From: Candidatus Dormiibacterota bacterium
GTDB lineage: Bacteria; Chloroflexota; Dormibacteria; Aeolococcales; Aeolococcaceae
Reading direction: 5' to 3'
Length of the DNA: 64,000 nt
Assembly (NCBI GenBank): GCA_963754015.1
Contig: CAVWEG010000007.1
Location: 443,988 to 507,987, forward strand
The notes beneath the pieces are model-generated. The model was not told the origin of the DNA. It did no database searches and was given only the letters and a program-made list of their open reading frames with translations. Every line of letters begins with the position of its first letter. Position 1 is the first letter of the stretch. This document shows, piece by piece, positions 19,765 through 28,221 of the stretch. The position numbers and the translations under genes were made by a program.

Positions 19765-21639
19765 TTAGCCCGCGAGCACCTCTCCGGCGGGAATGAGCGC
19801 GAGCGCTGCTGCGGCGATGCCGGTGGCGTCAAGGCCGAGCTTCGAAAGCAACGATCCCTGCGCCCCGTGCTCGATGAAGTGGTCGGGCAGTCCCATGCGG
19901 ATCACCGGAACGGTCACGCCCTCGCTGGAGAGCAGGTCCGTCACCGCCGAGCCGAACCCGCCGCTCGCCACGCCGTCCTCGACGGTGATGACGCCCCTGT
20001 GGCGCTCGCAGATGACGCTGAGCTTCGGGTCGAGCGGCTTGACGAAACGGGCATCAACGACGGTCGCGGAGACCCCGGCGGCGGCGAGCTGGTCCTTGGC
20101 CTGCATCGCAACCGCGACCATCTTGCCGACCGCGAGGATCGCGATGTCGCGACCGCGATGCAGGACCTCGCTGCTCGGGACAGGCAGCGGATCAAGCGCT
20201 GCGGTCCCCGGACCCGGGGCCGCTCCGCGAGGAAAGCGCAGCGAGAACGGACCATCGGACGCGATCGCGGTGGCGAAGAGCCGGCGCAGCTCATCGGGCG
20301 AGCTCGGTGCCGACACCGTCATGCCGGGGATGCATCGCAAGAACGCGAGGTCGAGCATGCCGTGGTGCGAGGGCCCGTCGTTCCCGGTGATCCCGGCACG
20401 ATCGACGACGAATGTCACCGGGAGCTGGTGGAGCGCGACGTCGCACGCGATCTGATCGAAGGCTCGCTGCAGGAACGTCGAATAGATGCAGACGACCGGT
20501 CGGAGACCGCGCATCGCGAGGCCGGCGGCGAAGGTCACTGCATGCTGCTCCGCGATGCCGACGTCGAAGAACCGATCCGGAAAGCGCTTTGCGAACTCGA
20601 GCAGTCCGGTCGATGACGCCATCGCTGCGGTGATCGCGACGATCCTCGGATCCGCCTCTGCCATCTCGCAGAGCGCGTCGCCGAAGATGTCGGTCCAGTC
20701 GGGCGCCTTCTTGACGGTTGTGCCGCTGTCCGGGTCGAAGGTCGACACGCCATGGAACTTGTCAATCTTGTCTGCAACTGCCGGGCCGTAGCCCTGGCCC
20801 TTGTTCGTCACCACGTGGACGACAACCGGGCCGCGGATGCGCGCCGCGTCGCGCAGCGCTTTCTCGACTGCCTGGAGGTCGTGCCCGTCGATGGGGCCGC
20901 CGTATTTCAAGCCCAGCGTTTCGAAGATGGAGATCGGCGCCACGAGTTGCTTGAGGGAGTTCTTCATGCGGCGCGCGGTCTCGTATGCGGAGTGACCGAC
21001 CGCGGGGAGCGAACGCAACGCAACGCCCGCGGCGTCTTTCGCGGCTTCGTACCGCGGTGACAGCCGAAGATGACCGAGGTTCTCGGCGATGCCGCCGACC
21101 GTCGGCGCGTAGCTGCGCCCGTTGTCGTTGAGGATGATCACCATCTCGGGCTTGAGCTGGCCGATGTTGTTGAGCGCCTCGTATGCCATCCCGCCCGTCA
21201 ACGCGCCGTCACCGACGACACAGACGACCTTGCCACCTTCGCCGGTGAGCTCACGCGCCGTGGCAAAGGCGAGCGCGTAGCTGAGCCCCGTCGAGGCGTG
21301 CGAGTTCTCGACGAGGTCGTGCTCCGATTCCTTGCGCGAGGGATAGCCGCTCATGCCACCCTCCTGGCGCAGCGTGTCGAACTGTTCGACGCGGCCGGTC
21401 AGCATCTTGTGGACGTACGCCTGGTGGCCGGTGTCGAAGATGATCGCGTCGCGCGGGCTCTCGAACACCCGGTGCATGGCGACCGTCAGCTCGACCACAC
21501 CGAGGTTCGGGCCGAGATGGCCGCCGGTCCGCGACACGGCGGTGATCAGGACGTCCCGGATCTCGGCGCAGAGACGAGTCAGGTCTTCGGGGCCGAGATC
21601 GCGCAGATCCGCGGGTCCGCTGATCTCCTCGAGCAGCAC
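19765..21639 (-). CDS. dxs: 1-deoxy-D-xylulose-5-phosphate synthase
   Basis: 624-aa ORF with full-length Dxs similarity (GGHLGPNLGVVELT, GDGALTGGMAYEALN, transketolase C-terminal domain). Confidence 0.95.
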   Translation of the reverse strand: MLLEEISGPADLRDLGPEDLTRLCAEIRDVLITAVSRTGGHLGPNLGVVELTVAMHRVFESPRDAIIFDTGHQAYVHKMLTGRVEQFDTLRQEGGMSGYPSRKESEHDLVENSHASTGLSYALAFATARELTGEGGKVVCVVGDGALTGGMAYEALNNIGQLKPEMVIILNDNGRSYAPTVGGIAENLGHLRLSPRYEAAKDAAGVALRSLPAVGHSAYETARRMKNSLKQLVAPISIFETLGLKYGGPIDGHDLQAVEKALRDAARIRGPVVVHVVTNKGQGYGPAVADKIDKFHGVSTFDPDSGTTVKKAPDWTDIFGDALCEMAEADPRIVAITAAMASSTGLLEFAKRFPDRFFDVGIAEQHAVTFAAGLAMRGLRPVVCIYSTFLQRAFDQIACDVALHQLPVTFVVDRAGITGNDGPSHHGMLDLAFLRCIPGMTVSAPSSPDELRRLFATAIASDGPFSLRFPRGAAPGPGTAALDPLPVPSSEVLHRGRDIAILAVGKMVAVAMQAKDQLAAAGVSATVVDARFVKPLDPKLSVICERHRGVITVEDGVASGGFGSAVTDLLSSEGVTVPVIRMGLPDHFIEHGAQGSLLSKLGLDATGIAAAALALIPAGEVLAG

Positions 21640-21724
21640 AAGATCAGTCTAGTGGAGCCGTCCAGCATCGGGTCCCTGTCCGGAAATGCCCATCCACAAC
21701 GATGGCGGAGCATGATTACCGGCC

Positions 21725-22531
21725 ATGCAGGGACTGGAGCCTCGCGAGGCGGTACTGGAATGTGCCGCGCGCGACGGTGATATCGCCGAGGGAGCACTGT
21801 GGCTGGCTGCCGACGACTGCCCCGGCGTCGAGCCCGAGCGCTGGCTCGAGCAGCTCGATGAGCTCGCGGGCGAGTTGCAGTCCCGGTGCGGCCTGCGCGG
21901 GTGCGGTCCGGACGACGCTCCGATGGTGGGAGCGCTGCTTCGTGATCGGCTCAGGCTCCGCGGCGCCGGTGGCGGCGACCCGCGGGCGCACTACCTCCAC
22001 AACGTGCTCGAGCGAGGCGCGGGGGTGCCGATCGCCTGCTCCGCCATATGGATCGCAGTCGGCGCACGCGCGCACATTCCCATCGAGGGCGTGAACCTCC
22101 CGGGACACTTCGTGGTTCGCGTCAAAGGCCACATGTTCGACACGGTCGCGAGTGGGGAACCGCTCGATGACGACGACGTGGTGCGTCTTGTCAGCACCTC
22201 GACCAGCCGCACCGTCGACGGCCTCGAACCCGCGCAGATGGCCCGTGCCAGCTCACGCGACATGCTCGCCAGGATGTCGCGCAATCTCCGGCGCTGCTAC
22301 ACGAGCCTCGAGTGCTGGGAACAGGCGTTGCGCTCGGCCGATCGCTGCGTCGACCTCATGGGGTCGGCGCCCGCCGAGCGGCGCGATCGCGGCCTGCTCC
22401 TCTGGCGGATGGGGAAGATCGTCGCGGCACTGGCCGACATCAACGCGTACCTCGAAGAAGCGCCGGAAACGTGTCCGGACCGCACCTCGATGACCGAGGT
22501 CGCCGGCAGGCTTCGCGCTTTCCTGAACTGA
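21725..22531 (+). CDS. SirB1-like transglutaminase-fold/TPR protein (UPF0162)
   Basis: 268-aa ORF. The core GVPIACSAIWIAVGARAHIPIEGVNLPGHFVVRV is typical of this family as I remember it. Confidence 0.6.
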   Translation: MQGLEPREAVLECAARDGDIAEGALWLAADDCPGVEPERWLEQLDELAGELQSRCGLRGCGPDDAPMVGALLRDRLRLRGAGGGDPRAHYLHNVLERGAGVPIACSAIWIAVGARAHIPIEGVNLPGHFVVRVKGHMFDTVASGEPLDDDDVVRLVSTSTSRTVDGLEPAQMARASSRDMLARMSRNLRRCYTSLECWEQALRSADRCVDLMGSAPAERRDRGLLLWRMGKIVAALADINAYLEEAPETCPDRTSMTEVAGRLRAFLN

Positions 22532-22554
22532 AGTCTCTCGGTGGAGGTTTGAGC

Positions 22555-22998
22555 ATGGACATGAAGCTCGAGGTGGTGGTGCTGCCCGTCTCTGATGTGG
22601 ACAAGGCCAAACGCTTCTATCAGGCTCTGGGTTGGCGGCTCGATGCCGACTTCGCAGGCGAAGCCGGGTTCAGGGTGGTGCAGCTGACGCCGCAAGGCTC
22701 GGCGTGCTCGGTCATCTTCGGCAGTGGCGTCACCGATGCCGCACCCGGCTCGACGGAGGGCCTGCAGCTCGTCGTCAACGACATCGACGCGGCACGCGCC
22801 GACCTGGTCGCCCGCGGTGTGGATGTCAGCGACGTGTTCCATGACGCGGGCGGCGTCTTTCACCATGCTGGGGAACGGAATCGCGCCCCAGGGCCGGCGC
22901 CGGAGCACAAGACCTACGGCTCGTTCGTCTCGTTCACCGATCCGGATGGCAATCGCTGGTACATCCAGGAAATCACGACCCGTCTCCCCGGGCGCTGA
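22555..22998 (+). CDS. VOC family (glyoxalase-like) protein
   Basis: In-frame ATG in ORF 22312..22998 with GGAGG upstream. Sequence reads MDMKLEVVVLPVSDVDKAKRFYQALGW...DPDGNRWYIQE. Confidence 0.85.
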   Translation: MDMKLEVVVLPVSDVDKAKRFYQALGWRLDADFAGEAGFRVVQLTPQGSACSVIFGSGVTDAAPGSTEGLQLVVNDIDAARADLVARGVDVSDVFHDAGGVFHHAGERNRAPGPAPEHKTYGSFVSFTDPDGNRWYIQEITTRLPGR

Positions 22999-23028
22999 GC
23001 GCCGGGCAAGACCTGCGGAGGGAGCCCA

Positions 23029-23214
23029 ATGGCAACGTCCTACGACTCGGTCGCCGACCTGGCCGAAGCACTACGGCGCGCAGCGGCTGCACACGGTCGC
23101 CACGAAACGGAGATCGGGCATGCGGATGAGAACTGGCCGGACTGGTACGCGCAGTTCATGGTCGATGAGCAGGGGACGGCGCACGACGAGGACACGCGCG
23201 GAGCGGGTGCGTGA
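23029..23214 (+). CDS. Hypothetical 61-aa protein
   Basis: The ORF reads MATSYDSVADLAEALRRAAAAHGRHE...NWPDWYAQFMV. Its stop overlaps the next start (GTGA), which suggests translational coupling. Confidence 0.5.
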   Translation: MATSYDSVADLAEALRRAAAAHGRHETEIGHADENWPDWYAQFMVDEQGTAHDEDTRGAGA

Positions 23215-24557
23215 CGACGTATGACGTCATCGTCGTCGGCGGTGGGTCGCCGGGGGAGCACTGCGCCGGCGAGCTGGTCGACGGCGGCCTGCGCGTTGCC
23301 CTCGTCGAGCGCGCATTGGTCGGCGGCGAGTGCTCCTACTACGCGTGCATCCCGTCGAAAACGCTGCTGCGCCCGGGGGAGGCGGTGCACGAGGCGCGCG
23401 AAGCGCTGGCAACCGCCGAGGTTGACGTCGCGGCGGCGCTGGCATGGCGAGACTTCATGGTGTCCGACTACTCGGACGCCGGCCAGGAGCGCTGGCTGGC
23501 GAGCAAGGGCATCGACCTCATCCGCGGGACGGGACGGCTCGCCGGCGTCGGAGTCGTCGACGTGGACGGCGTCCAGTACAGCGCCACGAACATCGTGCTT
23601 GCGACGGGCTCCGACCCGGTCATTCCACCGATTCCCGGGTTGTCCGAGCTCGCGGGTGTCTGGACCAATCGCGAGGTGACCGGGATGCAGTCGATCCCTC
23701 GACATCTGCTCGTCCTCGGCGGCGGCCCGGTCGGCGTCGAGATGGCGCAGGCGGTACGGCGCCTCGGTGGCGAGGTGACCGTCGTCGAGGGTGCTCCGCA
23801 CCTGCTGGCGCGCGAGCCGGCTCCGCTTGGCGAAGCGCTGGCCGGGGTCCTCCAGAAAGACGGTATTGACGTGATGCTGGGCCGCAGGGTCACCGCTGCC
23901 CGGCGCGATGGGGACGATTTCGTCCTCACGCTCGACGATGCACGCGAGCTGCGTGGCGATCGGTTGCTCGTCGCCACCGGCAGGCGTCCGCGTGTCGATG
24001 GGATCGGGCTCGAGACGGTCGGCATCACCCCGGACAAGAAAGGCGTTCCCGTCGACGCACACCTGCGGGTTGCTGAACGGCTCTGGGCGATCGGCGATGT
24101 CACCGGCGTCCGGCTGCTGACGCACGTCGGCAAATATCAAGGCGAGGTTGTTGCGGCAAACATCCTCGGCGAACCTCGAGCTGCGAACTACGAGGCGATC
24201 CCGGACGTCGTCTACACCGACCCGCAGTGCGCAGCGGTGGGTGCTGCTGAGGCGCGGTTCAGCGCGACCACCCCGCTGTCGGATGTCGCCAAGACCGAGA
24301 CATATACACGGGCATACGCCGAATCTCCCGGCTTCTTGACGCTCCTCAGCGACGGCGAACGGCTCACCGGCGCGTACGCCGTCGGTCCCGAGGCCGGCGA
24401 GTGGTTGCAGCAGGCCACGCTCGCAATTCGCGCACGCGTGCCGCTCGATGTGCTGCGCGACACCATCCAGCCGTTCCCGACCTTCTCAGAGATTTTCGTC
24501 GCCACGCTCAAAGCTCTCCATGGGCAGATCCGCGCTGGAGCGACGGCCGGCGGGTAG
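23211..24557 (+). CDS. FAD-dependent pyridine nucleotide-disulfide oxidoreductase
   Basis: 448 aa. It has the FAD motif DVIVVGGGSPG, the redox-active GGECSYYACIPSK, and a second NAD(P) GxGxxG (LLVLGGGPVGVE). Confidence 0.85.
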   Translation: MTTYDVIVVGGGSPGEHCAGELVDGGLRVALVERALVGGECSYYACIPSKTLLRPGEAVHEAREALATAEVDVAAALAWRDFMVSDYSDAGQERWLASKGIDLIRGTGRLAGVGVVDVDGVQYSATNIVLATGSDPVIPPIPGLSELAGVWTNREVTGMQSIPRHLLVLGGGPVGVEMAQAVRRLGGEVTVVEGAPHLLAREPAPLGEALAGVLQKDGIDVMLGRRVTAARRDGDDFVLTLDDARELRGDRLLVATGRRPRVDGIGLETVGITPDKKGVPVDAHLRVAERLWAIGDVTGVRLLTHVGKYQGEVVAANILGEPRAANYEAIPDVVYTDPQCAAVGAAEARFSATTPLSDVAKTETYTRAYAESPGFLTLLSDGERLTGAYAVGPEAGEWLQQATLAIRARVPLDVLRDTIQPFPTFSEIFVATLKALHGQIRAGATAGG

Positions 24558-24567
24558 GCGGCCCGCG

Positions 24568-25083
24568 TCAGCAGTCGAACGCGAACCAGCACAGCTCGTT
24601 GCGCAACCGCTCGTCATCGAGCACAAGCTCGCGGATGTCGTCGGGGAGTTGTGCCCGCTGCCACCGGCACTCGACGCGGCCGGCCTCCACGCGGTCGTCT
24701 GCAGACGCAGCTGCCCATACGGCCTTGATCGCGTAGGCGGCGGCGCCGAGTTCGTGGGCTGCGACATGGCCCACCCCCGCAGCCTGGCCGGCAGCGTATG
24801 CGGCGTTCCGCGCCGCGCCACGCAGGTCTCGGGCCGCTGCGTTGGCGTGGCCGGCTGCCGTGCGGGCCACCGCCCACGTGATCTCACCCCGCGCCCACGC
24901 ACGACCGAGCTCGATCGCCCGACGTGGACGTTCGTCCTCGGGACGCACCAGCTCGAAGTGGTGCAGCACGTGCTCCGCGCAAGCGGCCGCCCATAGCGCG
25001 AGCAGGCGATGGTCGCCGTCCTGCAGCACCCCGCCCCGACGCACCGTGATGAACCGTGGATCCCGGATCTTGGGGAGGATCAC
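24568..25083 (-). CDS. Conserved hypothetical all-alpha protein (resembles a putative immunity-protein family)
   Basis: This is the C-terminal 171 aa of ORF 24568..25563, from GTG 25083 (VILPKIRDPRFITVRRGG...LVLDDERLRNELCWFAFDC). Family recognition is from memory only. Confidence 0.55.
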   Translation of the reverse strand: MILPKIRDPRFITVRRGGVLQDGDHRLLALWAAACAEHVLHHFELVRPEDERPRRAIELGRAWARGEITWAVARTAAGHANAAARDLRGAARNAAYAAGQAAGVGHVAAHELGAAAYAIKAVWAAASADDRVEAGRVECRWQRAQLPDDIRELVLDDERLRNELCWFAFDC

Positions 25084-25106
25084 CTTGGCGCGAAATGCAC
25101 TGGCGC

Positions 25107-25508
25107 TCAGTGCACCCCGATGAGCAGGGAGAGCAGCCAGACGAGCCCGATGAGGCCGAGGACCGCGAACGGCACCATGACGAAGACGACGAACGAGAAC
25201 ACCATCCGCTCGTCGGGCATCCGCTCGGGATGGCGCATGCGGGCGCGCACGTCCACCGCGTACCAGAAGACACCGCCGATGAGGAAACCGACAAGCAGGA
25301 AGAAGATGCCCGCGAAGCCGGTGACGATGCCGACGGCGTTCGGGGAGATCGTGAAACGCCAGGCTGCGCCGCCAGCGAGCGCCAGCACTCCGCACGAGAT
25401 GTAGCGCAGCAGGGTTGGGACGGCACGCGGCTCGGCTGGGTTCGGGACGCGTCGCGGACGAGCCGGCTTGCGTGGCGCCGTCGTTTCGGAGCGCGAGTTC
25501 GAAGGCAC
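25107..25508 (-). CDS. Hypothetical membrane protein (about 4 TM)
   Basis: 133-aa ORF with a basic N-terminus followed by hydrophobic helices (GIVTGFAGIFFLLVGFLIGGVFWYAV; FVVFVMVPFAVLGLIGLVWLLSLLIG). It ends 24 nt upstream of the next minus-strand gene. Confidence 0.6.
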   Translation of the reverse strand: MPSNSRSETTAPRKPARPRRVPNPAEPRAVPTLLRYISCGVLALAGGAAWRFTISPNAVGIVTGFAGIFFLLVGFLIGGVFWYAVDVRARMRHPERMPDERMVFSFVVFVMVPFAVLGLIGLVWLLSLLIGVH

Positions 25509-25580
25509 GCGCCGAGTATAGGGAGGCGCTCACTACACTTGGCCACCACCAGCGGCGACGCACGGAGGACTCGCAGCACC

Positions 25581-26040
25581 ATGACCGTCGGGGATCGCCT
25601 GCCCGACTTCGATCTCGAGACGTCGGCAGGAAGCCGGATCACGAACAACGACCTGCGCGGCGGCCGCACCGTCCTCTACTTCTATCCCAAGGACGACACG
25701 CCCGGGTGCACGCTCGAGGGTCAGGAGTTCACGCGTCTGGCATCAGCGTTCGCGAGTGCCGGCGTCAGCGTATACGGCATCTCGCCCGAACTCGCGGAAG
25801 AAGCATCAGCGCTTCATCGACAAGTGCGGGCTCGGCATTCCGCTCATCAGCGACCCCGACAAGGTCCTCATCGACTCGCAGGGCCTGTGGGTCGAGAAGA
25901 AGTTCATGGGGCGGACGTACATGGGTGTGGCTCGCACCACCCTCCTGATCGGACCCGACGGTGCCATCGAGCGGGAGTGGCGGGATGTCAAGCCCAGCGG
26001 GCACGCCGCCGAAGTCCTGGAGTCCGTCGATAGCCGTTAG
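25581..26040 (+). pseudogene. bcp: Thiol peroxidase Bcp (peroxiredoxin), reading frame broken once
   Basis: MTVGDRLPDFDLE...FYPKDDTPGCT...VYGISP lies in the frame of ORF 25056..26033. It continues as SRKKHQRFIDKCGLGIPLISDPDK...VLESVDSR in ORF 25756..26040. The break is at the CCC run 25785-25787. Confidence 0.75.
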
Positions 26041-27025
26041 GCGCGCGATCGCCGGCGAGCGAATCGAACTCGCAACGCTGCTCCGGCGGCGCGTCATCTT
26101 CGTCGCGGGCAAGGGCGGCACGGGACGCAGCACGATCACTGCGGCGCTCGCACTGCTTGCGGCAAAGGCCGGGAAGCGGGTGCTCGCCATCGACGTCGAT
26201 GCCAGCGGCGACCTGGCAGCAGCGCTCGGCTCGCCGCCGTCGGGATTCGCGCCGCGAGTCGTGCAGCACAACCTCTCCGTCCTCGAGCTGCGCACCGATG
26301 AGTCCTTCCAGGAATACCTGAGCATCTATTTCAAGGTGCCGCGGCTCACGCGGCTGACACCGCTCGCGCGCGTGTTCGACTTCATCGCAACCGGTGTTCC
26401 CGGACCGCGCGACATGCTCGTTGTCGGCAAGATCGCCTACGAGGAGCGGCGCAAGGAGTCGGGCGGCGGAAAGCCGGTCTGGGACCTCATCCTCGTCGAC
26501 GCCGCTCCGGGCGGACAGGTCGAATCGCACCTCGCGGCGGCCAAGGCGATGTTGACGCTCGTGAAAGGCGGTGTCATTCGCGCCCAGGTGGAGTGGATCG
26601 ATGCGCTCATCCGCGACCCGCGGCGCACCACCGTCGTGCTCTGTGCGCTCCCCGAGGAGATGCCGGTGACCGAGGCGATCGAGCTGCACGAGCGGCTGCG
26701 CGCGGGGTCGGGCGTGGCGGTCGACGCGTGCATCCTCAACCGCGCCGCGACCGAGCCGGTGACAGCTGCGCACCGGCGGTTCATGGCCGCACTGCTCGAG
26801 CCGGAGTACGCCGACGCGGTGTCGATGCGACTTGGCGGGTCGCCCGCGTTCCTCGAGGCCGGGCTCGATCTCGAGGCGCGCCTGTATGACACCAGCATCC
26901 GCTACGCGAAGCTCCTCCGCAGCCGCCTGCCGATGCCCGTGCTCCCTGTCCCGGCGATCGTCGAACGCCCGGGCCTGACGACGACACGCGCAGTTGCCGA
27001 TGCGCTCGGGACGCTGCTCTCATGA
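25985..27025 (+). CDS. ArsA/Get3-like P-loop ATPase (partner 1)
   Basis: ORF 25961..27025 with a deviant Walker A, VIFVAGKGGTGRSTITAALA. The only canonical starts (25961, 25985) overlap the bcp 3-prime end. Confidence 0.8.
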   Translation: MSSPAGTPPKSWSPSIAVRRAIAGERIELATLLRRRVIFVAGKGGTGRSTITAALALLAAKAGKRVLAIDVDASGDLAAALGSPPSGFAPRVVQHNLSVLELRTDESFQEYLSIYFKVPRLTRLTPLARVFDFIATGVPGPRDMLVVGKIAYEERRKESGGGKPVWDLILVDAAPGGQVESHLAAAKAMLTLVKGGVIRAQVEWIDALIRDPRRTTVVLCALPEEMPVTEAIELHERLRAGSGVAVDACILNRAATEPVTAAHRRFMAALLEPEYADAVSMRLGGSPAFLEAGLDLEARLYDTSIRYAKLLRSRLPMPVLPVPAIVERPGLTTTRAVADALGTLLS

Positions 27026-28218
27026 CCGCCGGCGTCCGCATCCCGGAGCGACGGCGCAGCCCTCGTGACAAAGCGGGCGATCTCGGCGCCCGCCTGGGAT
27101 CGCTCGAGGTGGTCATCTGCTGCGGCAGCGGCGGCGTCGGCAAGACGACCGTGAGCGCTGCGCTCGGCATGGCGATCGCGGCCGCGGAGGACAGGCGCGT
27201 CCTCGTCCTCACCGTCGATCCCGCGCGCCGTCTGGCGAGCGCGCTCGGCATCAAGGGCATCGGCGCAGAGCCGGTGCGTGTTCCCAAGCCTCGACTCAAG
27301 CGAGCCGGGATCACGATCCAAGGCGACCTCGAGGCCGCCATGCTCGACATGAAGCAGGCGTGGGACCGGATGATCGAGCGCTACTCGCCGGACCGCGCGA
27401 CGGCGCAACGCATCCTGCGCAACCCGCTCTATCAGCGCATCACCAACTCGTTCGTCGGCTCGCACGAATACGCGGCGATCGAAGCGCTGTACGAGCTGCA
27501 CGACGCGGGTGAGTACGACTGCATCGTTGTCGACACGCCGCCGTCTCGCAGCGCGCTCGATTTCCTCGAGGCGCCGACGCGGCTCACCGACTTCGTCGGA
27601 TCGCGTCTGCTCTCGTTGCTGTCGGGCTCATCGTCAAGGTTCGGCTTCCGCGCGATGAACATTGCAGCGACACCGTTTCTCCGCCTCGCGGATCGCCTGC
27701 TCGGCGCCGAAGTGCTCAAGGAGGTGTCGGAGTTCGTCCAGCAGCTCCAGCTGCTGTATGGCGGCGTGCAGGACCGGGCCCGATCGGTGTCGAAGCTGCT
27801 GCGCAGCCCGAAAACGGGATTCGTCGTCGTCACGACTCTCGAGCACGGACCGTTCGGCGAGGCGGAGTTCTTCTGCACGAAGTTGCGCGAGTACAAGATG
27901 GCGCTGCGCGCCATCGTGGTCAACCGCGTGCTCCCGGACACGTTCCGCGACGCCGGCGCAGTGGCGGCCGCGACGACGCTCGTCGAGGACACCAAGGTTG
28001 TGCCGTGGCTGAGCAAGGAGCTGCACATGCGGATCGCGGCGGACACCGCGCGCTTCACCGGTGAGACGTACCTCCGCCGCAACACGCTTGCCCAGCGCGA
28101 GGCGCGTCAGCTGCTCCGTCTCAACCGGATCGGCGACGTGCCGGTCGTCCGTGTGCCGCTCTTCAGCGAGGAGGTCTCGGAGCTGGAGGGGCTGGTGCGC
28201 ATCGCGCGCGTGCTCTGA
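27022..28218 (+). CDS. ArsA/Get3-like P-loop ATPase (partner 2)
   Basis: 398-aa ORF with VICCGSGGVGKTTVSAAL and LTVDPARRL. Its start overlaps the partner-1 stop (ATGA). Confidence 0.85.
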   Translation: MTAGVRIPERRRSPRDKAGDLGARLGSLEVVICCGSGGVGKTTVSAALGMAIAAAEDRRVLVLTVDPARRLASALGIKGIGAEPVRVPKPRLKRAGITIQGDLEAAMLDMKQAWDRMIERYSPDRATAQRILRNPLYQRITNSFVGSHEYAAIEALYELHDAGEYDCIVVDTPPSRSALDFLEAPTRLTDFVGSRLLSLLSGSSSRFGFRAMNIAATPFLRLADRLLGAEVLKEVSEFVQQLQLLYGGVQDRARSVSKLLRSPKTGFVVVTTLEHGPFGEAEFFCTKLREYKMALRAIVVNRVLPDTFRDAGAVAAATTLVEDTKVVPWLSKELHMRIAADTARFTGETYLRRNTLAQREARQLLRLNRIGDVPVVRVPLFSEEVSELEGLVRIARVL

Positions 28219-28221
28219 AGA

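Noticed and set aside
25056-25580. 5-prime 175 codons of the 325-aa track ORF 25056..26033
   Set aside because: This part is antisense to the 4-TM protein gene (25107..25508) and is Asp/Glu/His/Arg-rich. Genuine Bcp sequence starts at ATG 25581.
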